This document shows positions 53,051-64,000 of a DNA stretch of 64,000 bases, one piece after another (the first letter of the stretch is position 1; each line of letters begins with the position of its first letter). Origin of the DNA: Octopus vulgaris (Eukaryota). The stretch covers positions 118,792,001 through 118,856,000 of the forward strand of contig OX597822.1 of the NCBI GenBank assembly GCA_951406725.2. The letters run 5' to 3'. Both the position numbers and the translations under genes were made by a program. The notes under the pieces were generated by a model. The model had not been told where the DNA came from. It ran no database searches and worked only from the letters and a program-made list of their open reading frames with translations.

Positions 53051-53841
53051 GAGAGAGAGAAGAGGGAGAGAGAAAGAGAGGCAGTGAGAGTGGGGAGGAA
53101 AACACAGAAGAGGGAGACAGAGAGACTCAAGAAAAATTGGGCGGCCCTCAGTTAAGGACAGGAATTTCCATTCAAGTTATCATTTTACTCGTTTGAGTCA
53201 CTGAACTGCGACCATGCTGGAGCACCAGACTTCGTTGATCTAGCACTTGCTTTTACCTGCGACTCATTTTATCGATCTCTATTTCTTGAATGCGCCACAA
53301 GTTAACTTCAACTTTTAGACGTGAACGGATGCCAATGGATAAGCGCTGAAATGCTCCAACTTGTATACTCTTTACTCTTTTACTTGTTTCAGTCATTTGA
53401 CTGCGGCCATGCTGGAGCACCGCCTTTAATCGAGCAACTCGACCCCGGGACTTATTCTTTTGTAAGCCCAGTACCTATTCTATCGGTCTCTTTTGCCGAA
53501 CTGCTAAGTAACAGGGACATAAACACACCAGCATCGGCTGTCAAGCAATGCTAGGGGGACAAACACAGACACACAAACACACACACGCATACATACATAT
53601 ACATATATACGACGGGCTTCTTTCAGTTTCCGTCTACCAAATCCACTCACAAGGCTTTGGTCGGCCCGAGGCTATAGTAGAAGACACTTGCCCAAGTTGC
53701 CACGCAGTGGGACTGAACCCGGAACCATGTGGTTGGTAAACAAGCTACTTACCACACAGCCACGCCTGTCATGATTAGTTATAGGATTCATTAGAATCTA
53801 GACACAGCAGTACGTTGGACGTCAGAAATGGCCAGGTACAA

Positions 53842-54075
53842 CGGCGGCGAGCTGGCAGAAACGTTAGCACACTGGGCGAAATGCTTAGCGGTATTTTGTC
53901 TGTCATTACCTTCTGAGTTCAAATTCCGTCGAGGTTGACTTCGCCTTTCATCCTTTCGGGGTCGATTAAATAAGTACCAGTTACGCACTGGGGTCGATAT
54001 AATCGACTTAATCCGTTTGTCTTTCCTTGTTTGTCCCCTCTATATTTAGCCCCTTGTGGGCAATAAAGAAATAAG
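53842..54075 (+). mobile_element. SINE family B, full length with TSD
   Basis: Same body as 43652. Flanked by AGAAATGGCC(A/T)GGTACAA. Confidence 0.88.
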
Positions 54076-54245
54076 AAATGGCCTGGTACAATAACGTAGA
54101 GTTCACAGTGAGGTAAAACAACTGTAAAGATATTGTGTTGGTAGGATACAGTAGATATGTAAGTACAAAATCCAATGTAAATCGCAGAACTGACCCAGTG
54201 CTGGTTCTAGGTGCGGCCTAGGCACAAAAGCAAGAACTCAAATTG

Positions 54246-54474
54246 GGGCTTAAAATTTACTACAGCTGTTTCGATAGAATTTTATTGATGTATTCATATA
54301 TTACACCATATTATATAATTCACTATCATCAGGTAAAGTTTTAAACAGGTACAAACAGGTGAGATAATATCTGTTTAAAATTTTACCCGATGATGGTGGG
54401 TTATATGTTATGATGAAATCTATGAAATACATCAATAAAATTCTACCGAAACAGCTGTCATAAATTTTAAACCT
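54246..54474. repeat. Diverged inverted repeat, each arm carrying a hammerhead-like motif
   Basis: Minus arm: TTTAC CTGATGA...GAAA CAGCTG TA GTAAA (54256-54337). Plus arm: TTTAC CCGATGA tGGT...ACC GAAA CAGCTG TC ATAAA (54382-54464). Confidence 0.8.
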
Positions 54475-55003
54475 CATTTGTGTTCTTTTCCATGAGTGAG
54501 AAGGCAGTGCATGCCATCAAAGTGACACTGGGATACAAATATACGAAGCCCAATGTACCCACCATAACTACCCGTCCGATAAGGGTACACCAGGCACATA
54601 CATCACAACTATATGTGCGCAACATGGCGATCGCATACCAAGATAAACAGTTCATAACCTTGCAGTTAGAATTTTCTTCATGTCGAGCAGCCCATCTTGC
54701 TCAAAAGGTCCCTGAATAAGGGTTGTTTAAGGATGTTGAAAGAAATACCCATGTTTCCAGAGGGGAATTATTCAAACTACAATGAACTCTTCCCCTACTA
54801 TTTCTGCCCATGATCAGAAATGCAGATATTGTCAACCACTAAGGGATATCCTCAACTGACAAGCAAATCTGTGGTATTGAGCAGAATATTTGCTGTAGCC
54901 CATCTTTTATACCAAGGCAAAACAATGGACATGATAACATTTCCAATCACTTCAAAAGTTATGAGAGCCACCGCCTGGTACTGCATCAGGGCATTTATAA
55001 TAA

Positions 55004-55082
<79 letters not shown>

Positions 55083-55201
55083 TATTATTATTATTGTTAC
55101 TATTATATACGTACCAGTTGAACACTGGGGTCGATGTAATCGACTCGTCTCCCGCCCCATAATTGCAGCCCTTGTGGCAAAATTTGAAGCCATTATTATT
55201 G

Positions 55202-55297
<96 letters not shown>

Positions 55298-55299
55298 AT

Positions 55300-55870
55300 A
55301 TTATTGTTGCCTTTGCACTGCTTCTGACGCTGGAGATGTACTACGGTGTCAGCTGTTCACTACCAATGAACTAAGGTAACACCTCTTATTTTTCGAGCAC
55401 CTTCTGGAGTATTCGACCGGTTCCAATCAATGCTGTTCTCTGCAAGTGCTCCACCCTTATAGCAACCCCTATTTGTTCCATGTACTTCTCGAGATTTTTA
55501 CTCAGTTCCCAGGGTTCTGACAATTATTGGTTATACTACCATCTTTTTCATCGACCACAACTGCTTAACCTCCCAAGCTAACCTGTTATATCTATCGACT
55601 TTTCTTTCTTCCTTATCGCATACCTTGTTGTCAGCTGGGCATGCTTTATCTATGATCCAGCATAGTTTGCTTTCTTTCTCAATTAAGACTATGTCTGGCT
55701 TCCTATTCTCTATCTCATGGTCCCACTAAATCATAAAATCCCATAGGATCTTTGCATTATCATTTTCGATGATGCCTTCGGGTTTGTGGTCGGACCAATT
55801 TTTTGCTCTCTCAAGTCCTTACTTGTTGCAAAGTGTCCAATGGACAATCCTTGCTATATGGTCGTGGCAT
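55300..55870 (-). mobile_element. R4/Dong-like LINE 3' fragment (restriction-like endonuclease), decayed
   Basis: ARIVHWTLC..WSDHKPEGIIENDNAKILWDF..DHEIENRKPDIVL..CWIIDKACPAD..KEERKVDRY..LQRTALIGTGRILQKVLE. Confidence 0.85.
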
Positions 55871-56199
55871 CTCTTATATTCCTTCTGGGCTCGTGACGTA
55901 CTTTGGCTGGTTATATGCCATACGGTTTCACCATTTTGTACCTCCATTCACGGTTCTCAAACATATCCTAATTTACGAAACTAATTTACAGTTTCTCTCT
56001 CTCTCTCTCTTATTTTTTTATTTATTTATTTTTGTTAGAATGCGCAACTCATTACTTGTTACCTCAGATTGTTGTTGCCGCTGGCTATAAAAAGTTTATA
56101 GAGTTTGAGCAACTGATAGACGGACTGACAAACAGACAGACGGACGTTGGATGAGAAAGCGGTTTAAAGAAAGAAAGAAAAAAAAAGAAAGAAACTTAC

Positions 56200-56310
56200 C
56201 CGACAACCACGCGCATGCGTTACGGCAATAATCGAAGTGAATAGCAGACAGAGCGAGTGCAGACAGCATTTGATGTTGTTACTCTGACCAAAATAGATGC
56301 GTGAATTCAT
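56200..56310 (-). CDS. Secreted single laminin-G-domain protein, putative exon 1 (signal peptide)
   Basis: CAAAATG start context. MNSRIYFGQSNNIKCCLHSLCLLFTSIIAVTHA-RGCR has a hydrophobic core and small residues at -3/-1. Strong CGG|GTAAGT donor, phase 0 matching exon 2. The link across the 26.4-kb intron is inferred. Confidence 0.7.
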
Positions 56311-56344
56311 TTTGTGTGGAAAGGTGACTGAGGAGATCTTGCAC

Positions 56345-56350
56345 TTTATA
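56345..56350 (-). promoter_or_regulatory. Candidate TATA box of the LamG gene
   Basis: GTATAAAG 35-40 nt upstream of the ATG. An Inr-like TCAGTC lies at 56331-56326, but the spacing is shorter than canonical. Confidence 0.45.
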
Positions 56351-56433
56351 CTACACACGCTCCCTCCCTCACGGTGTTCTTAGCTGAAAACAAGAGAAAG
56401 AAAACACTCATTTTTGGAAGCGGTAGTGTTGTT

Positions 56434-56454
56434 GATAATAATAACAACAACAAC

Positions 56455-56510
<56 letters not shown>

Positions 56511-56514
56511 TAAC

Positions 56515-56609
<95 letters not shown>

Positions 56610-56617
56610 TAATAATA

Positions 56618-56650
<33 letters not shown>

Positions 56651-56875
56651 TTGATGGTGGTGATGGTGATGATGAGGATGATGATCATGATGACGATGGT
56701 GGTGGAAATGATGATGGTGGTGGTGATGATGATGATGATGGTGGTGGTGGTGATGATGATGATGACGATGGTGGTGGGGATGATGAGGATGATGATGATG
56801 ATGACGATGGTGGTGGGGATGATGATGTGGTGGTGGTGGTGATGATGATGATGATGATGACGACGATGATGATAA
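56434..56875. repeat. Compound trinucleotide microsatellite (AAT)n>(GAT)n>(GGT/GAT)n
   Basis: Visible directly in the sequence. It produces the spurious poly-N/D/I/H/M ORFs. Confidence 0.95.
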
Positions 56876-57245
56876 TATATTATATAATGCTACCACATAC
56901 CGCGCTGTCTTCCAATGTTAAGATAAGTTCCTACAAACAATACAGACGCGTTCAGCGCAGTATTTCCCAACCTATTTTCGATGACGACACACAGATGAGT
57001 TATGTATCTGAACTTGTCGAAACATCTGGTGCGTTTTCATTTTGGAACTGTTACAAGTCTATTTTCATGTTATCAATGTCCAAAGACGAAATGTTCCAAC
57101 GATGTTGTAGTAACTTCATAACAATTCCCGAATAGTAAACGTGACTGATGCCACAACCTAACTACTTCTATGGAAATTTAAACATTAATTTACGTTTAAA
57201 ATTCCTCTCTCGTCGGCATCCCTCTCTCGCATCTTCACTCACTCT

Positions 57246-57335
<90 letters not shown>

Positions 57336-57461
57336 GTATATATATGTATATATATATATATTTATATACTACTAATAATATAGGATGGAATTTTTTCAGA
57401 AAAAAATTTCATCAAAAAAGTGGCAGCATATTAAAATGCCTTTAAAGGTTAAAATTATAAA

Positions 57462-57788
57462 CAACTTACAAACAAGGGCAAAAGGAAAAAAGATTTCCAT
57501 ACCAATATGCTGAAAAATAGACTTTAAATCGTCAATTTCCACATTTATAATATACATTCACTATAGATACACGTCGTGCTGAAATCGAGGAGAGCTAGCC
57601 AACAACTTTTTTTTTAAAATAATGAACTTTTTTTAAAAAAAGAATTCTGTTGGCTAGCTTTCTTCGATTTCAGCACGACGTGTATCTATAGTGAATGTAT
57701 ATTATAAATGTGGAAATTGACGATTTAATGTCTGTTCTCAGCATATTGGCATTGAAATAATTTTTCTATTACCCTTGTTTATAAGTTA
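57462..57788. repeat. Long fold-back inverted repeat (about 145-bp arms) flanked by (TA)n
   Basis: TAAATCGTCAATTTCCACATTTATAATATACATTCACTATAGATACACGTCGTGCTGAAATCGA..GCTAGCCAACA is followed by its reverse complement after an A/T-rich spacer. Confidence 0.9.
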
Positions 57789-57799
57789 TGTATATATAT

Positions 57800-57847
<48 letters not shown>

Positions 57848-57989
57848 TATTCAAATCGCCCGCCAACCACCTCATTGGCGGGCGATTTGAACTGGCCTTG
57901 TACATACGTGCATATATATGTATGGACGTTCGTATATGTAAGTATAACGTGTGTTCTGTATATATATATTTGTATTTATGTGCCCATCT

Positions 57990-58057
57990 GATATATTCAA
58001 CTGACGAAAGCAGAGCTTATTTGAAGCAAAGCTAGAAATCCAGGATCTTGAATTATC
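57990..58057 (+). ncRNA. Type I hammerhead ribozyme motif with intact core (AUC triplet)
   Basis: GATA t ATTCAA CTGACGA a AGC aga GCTT atttg AAGC aaa GCT a GAAA TCC a GGA TC TTGAAT TATC. Stem I is 6+4 bp, stem II is bipartite, stem III has a 1-nt loop. Predicted cleavage after 58047. Confidence 0.72.
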
Positions 58058-58425
58058 CATTAATATCTTTTTGCCAGTTTATTTTGTCTCTCTGTCTTAT
58101 CTCATGGTGTGATATGAACATTTAATACTGAAATTAATATTATATGAAGAAGGTTGCGAAACGGCCGTGATCCTTTGGAAGCAGTTAAATAAATATATTT
58201 TCACCTCTCTTACCTCCTGACTTTGTGTTTATATATGTTCCTCATAAATTTACTTCATCGATCTTTTGGATTATCGGTTATATGAACACTCTATATTACA
58301 CTTCTTTGTAATGGTTTACTATAGGGGCTGTTAGCCGAGTCTGTACGCGGAGCTTTCTGTGATAGCCGCATGATTCTCAGAATCCACATCTTAAACGATT
58401 AACTTAGACATAAATATAGGTATAC

Positions 58426-58456
<31 letters not shown>

Positions 58457-58510
58457 TGTATGTATGTATGTATGTATGTATGTATGTATGTATGTATGTA
58501 TGTATGTATG

Positions 58511-58592
<82 letters not shown>

Positions 58593-58599
58593 TAGCTAG

Positions 58600-60580
<1,981 letters not shown>

Positions 60581-60744
60581 CTAAAAGTAATAAGTTTCCG
60601 GGTGTAAATACTTTATTATTTTCCGTTACTTTTTGTTTATCGAGTATCTGAAATCCTGCGGGAAGTTTAGAAAGTCCCGTATTCTAATTGGTCATCTGTT
60701 GTGTTGAAAGACCACCTACATACCTACTAATAGTTATCCTTGGA

Positions 60745-61028
60745 ACACCTAAAATCTCTACGAGGCTCCGGCAGGGGATGGTGGTGATCCCTGCTGTACT
60801 CTTTCACCACAACTTTCTCTCACTCTTACTTCCTGTTTCTGTTGTACCTGTATTTCAAAGGGCCGGCCTTGTCACTCTCTGTGTCACGCTGAATATCCCC
60901 GAGAACTACGTTAAGGGTACACGTGTCTGTGGAGTGCTCAGACACTTACACGTTAATTTCACGAGCAGGTTGTTCCGTTGATTGGATCAACCGGAACCCT
61001 CATCGTCGTAACCGACGGAGTGCTTCCC
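60745..61028 (+). mobile_element. SINE family C, 5'-truncated, with a 14-bp TSD
   Basis: TAGTTATCCTTGGA at 60731-60744 and 61029-61042. Body nearly identical to 52347-52627. Confidence 0.92.
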
Positions 61029-61202
61029 TAGTTATCCTTGGATTATTTGTTTTTTTATTTTTATTTATATACATTTTTTATATATATTTTTGCCTAATTT
61101 GTTGTTTATGTTATCGGTTATAAAGGCGAGGATAAGCATGGCAACCTAAAGTTCGTTTATTCCTAATCACTGGTTGGCGCAGGGTTTATCTCTCTTTGCT
61201 AT

Positions 61203-61247
61203 TTCCCATTGAGGAAGGCCAAAGAGCTAGAAACCTGCGTCTGGGAA
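61203..61247 (+). ncRNA. Type I hammerhead ribozyme motif (C3->U variant, GUC triplet)
   Basis: TTCCCA TTGAGGA a GGC caaaga GCT a GAAA C ctgc G TC TGGGAA. Confidence 0.55.
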
Positions 61248-61458
61248 TACAAAAAAGAGAAAGTACCGGAAGGATTCGGTCTTTTTTTTTTACACCATTT
61301 ATTATAAGGGAGTGAATTTTAAGTTAAAATATGTCACAAACTCAAACTAGTTTAACAAACGAGAGCTCGTTTATTCCTAATGGATCCTCGGCGCTACACA
61401 CACACACACACACACATGTATATATGTCCGTATGTATGTTTGTTTGTATTATGATGTA

Positions 61459-61852
61459 CTAGCAGTATCGCCCGGCGTTGCTCGGGTTTGTAAGGGAAAT
61501 AACTATATAAGCATTTTTAGAGATGTAAAGTATAATAGCCATCTCAATATGGCTAACCACAAAGTGGAGTGTTACTGTAGCTTTTTACGTTCTGAGATTT
61601 AATAATACATTTTTAGAGAGTTACTTCCCTTATATAATAGCAAAAAAATGCATTAAAAATGGGAAAAATGATGGTAAATTTTTTTTAAAATCGTAAACTC
61701 ATTGTAGACGCGCGCTAATACCCAGAAGGGCTCGATATGAATCACGACTATAAGATACCCGCTTTTGGTTAAACTGCACCGCAAAATGTGGGAGTAATTA
61801 GGAATCTAAATCATAGGAGACAGACACACAACTTCACTTTTATATATAAAGA
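61459..61852 (-). mobile_element. Non-autonomous Helitron (same family as 19281-19673)
   Basis: TC 5' end, 3' hairpin plus CTAG, A|T insertion site. Confidence 0.88.
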
Positions 61853-62290
61853 TATATATATATGTAGGTTAGCAGGAAGGCGGGTGTGTATGTAGGTGCA
61901 AACTCAAACGCCTAAATCCAATCACCTGGAAAACGGCCAGACGTAAAGGTCTTTATTGTAAATAGGTTCTTAACTTCTTATTTTTTGTTTCCTTGTTCTT
62001 ACCATTAAATTACTTCCACAAAACACACTTTCACCGAATATAATCATCCCAAAATACTCCTTTTCAAGACTAGAGCAGCTGTTGGTCCATTGTATATGCA
62101 TATGTGCATACGTACAAAAACACATACGTACATATGTATGCATGTATGTATGTTTGTATTTATACGTATATGTATATGTATATTTGAGTGTGCTTGTGTT
62201 TGTGTGTATACAGACATAGATATATACAATATCTATGTACGTATACACACAAACACAAACACACACAAATATATATATGTATTATATATG

Positions 62291-62328
<38 letters not shown>

Positions 62329-62436
62329 CTTAGAATAACTTAGAAAGGTTTTGGCCAGTAATGGCCCGTATGTATGTATGTATGTATGTATGTATGTATG
62401 TATGTATGTATGTATGTATGTATGTATGTATGTATG

Positions 62437-62470
<34 letters not shown>

Positions 62471-62814
62471 TGTATGTATGTATGTATGTATGTATGTATG
62501 TATGTTGTATGTATGTTGTATGTATGTATGTATGTATGTATGTATGTATGTATGTATGTATGTATATATATATATATATATATTGTAAAGTGTATATGTG
62601 TGTGCGTAAATAGAGAGATAGATACACACATTTACATATATATACATGTATGTACGTATATGTATATTATACATACACAAACACATACACACACATATAC
62701 ATACACACACATACATACGCACATACATGCATACATACATACATGCATACATGCACACACACACACATACATACATGCATACACATACATACATACATAC
62801 ATACATACATACAT

Positions 62815-62845
<31 letters not shown>

Positions 62846-63617
62846 TACATACATGCATACACATACATACATACATACATACATACATGCATATACACAT
62901 ATACACTCACACATATACATATCTGTAAATATGTTGTTTTTTTTGTTTTGTTTTTTCCCCTTTTGCAGACAAGAAAACACTCGGTGCCAAGTGGATATTT
63001 TATATTAAGATTTCAACGAAGGACAATTGGGTGGAAGCTGGGTAGCTCCGGTTTATTTGTTTGCCTCAGTCGCCCCCACTGACCATTGAGGTCTAGGCTA
63101 TTACAGAAACAATTCATAAGATATACCCTTGAATGTGCTTGTACTTGGTCGTGCAAGAAATAGCAGTCAAATTTCTCTTTCTGCTTTACACTCTCTACGT
63201 AAAAAGAAAAAAAGAACTGAATTCCTTTTGATGAAAAATTCACAAAATCAACAAAAAAACTATATTAAAATCTTTATGAAGTCGATTTTTTTTTTGGAGT
63301 CAATAGGTCCTTTTTCTTGCGATCTATCTGTCGACTTCATTAGTGCAGGTGACATGATTAAAGCATCCGGTACACTCTGTAAAAGCGGTTGGTGTTAGGA
63401 AGGGCATTCTACCGTAGAAGCCATACCAACCCATGCCAGCATGGAATACAGACGGTAAATGATGATGATGGTGATGACGACGACGATGACGATGATGATG
63501 ATGAAGTCTTCTACTTATTCTATCGGTCTCTCTTGCCAAACCGCTAATTGAAACACACACACACACACACAATCTCCCTCACACACACATGCGCGCGTGC
63601 AGTCTCGCTTTCTTTCT

Positions 63618-63651
<34 letters not shown>

Positions 63652-63659
63652 CTAGGTAT

Positions 63660-63990
63660 GATAACTATTGATAAGAACTGAAGCTACTACCATTATCCCC
63701 GACATAATTAGGCTATCAACAGGAATATTTCGCGGTGACGCCTTCTCTGTAATTCCTTTCGTCCCAGCAGTGAACCTTTTGTCAGCCCTTTTACGAGAAA
63801 CACAAAGGATTACATGATAGGAACTGCAAATGAAAGAAAGATTAATTTCAACCACACCTTTTTTTTTGTTGATAAACATAAACTCTACCAAAGGAGCAGC
63901 TATGAATGGCCACAAAATTCTCACGGGAAATAGGAATGGAGTTTGGTCAGAACGATTGTTCATGCTGTCGAACGGGCAAGGAATATGGCC
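63660..63990 (+). mobile_element. Decayed non-LTR reverse transcriptase fragment
   Basis: IRLSTGIFRGDAFSVIPFVPAVNLLSALL (GIFQGD-LS motif) and, after a frameshift, NH..FVDKHKLY (decayed F-DD-KLY motif). Confidence 0.65.
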
Positions 63991-64000
63991 ATCAATGGCT

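Noticed and set aside
58144-58172. ATGAAGA..GAAACGGCCGTG hammerhead-like string
   Set aside because: C3 is missing, the triplet ends in G, and there is no stem I or II pairing.

Overview
AT-rich, microsatellite-dense eukaryotic DNA. The SINE, LINE and Penelope repertoire is typical of an octopus (cephalopod) genome; this is inferred from repeat content, not from a database match. Most ORFs in the track are artefacts of simple repeats. Two spliced host genes are supported. (1) The terminal coding exon of D-lactate dehydrogenase (LDHD-like, +, 2833-3007). (2) A five-exon minus-strand gene that I assembled by hand (56310-56200, 29783-29689, 27564-27369, 22763-22608, 20735-20628). All its splice phases match, and it encodes a 221-aa secreted protein made of a signal peptide plus one laminin-G domain. 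The rest is a 52-bp satellite with a 312-bp higher-order period, a decayed Gypsy-type LTR element, RTE, CR1-like and R4/Dong-like LINE fragments, Penelope-like elements, several tRNA-derived SINE families, mariner and pogo-like MITEs, and non-autonomous Helitrons. The most striking unannotated signal is about 10 minimal type I hammerhead-ribozyme motifs. They sit in Penelope-derived, microsatellite-inserted and often fold-back elements. One lies in a perfect 158-bp palindrome that encodes the ribozyme on both strands, and three unrelated copies share an unusual A-A opposition at the base of stem II. Repeat boundaries are approximate and were read by eye.
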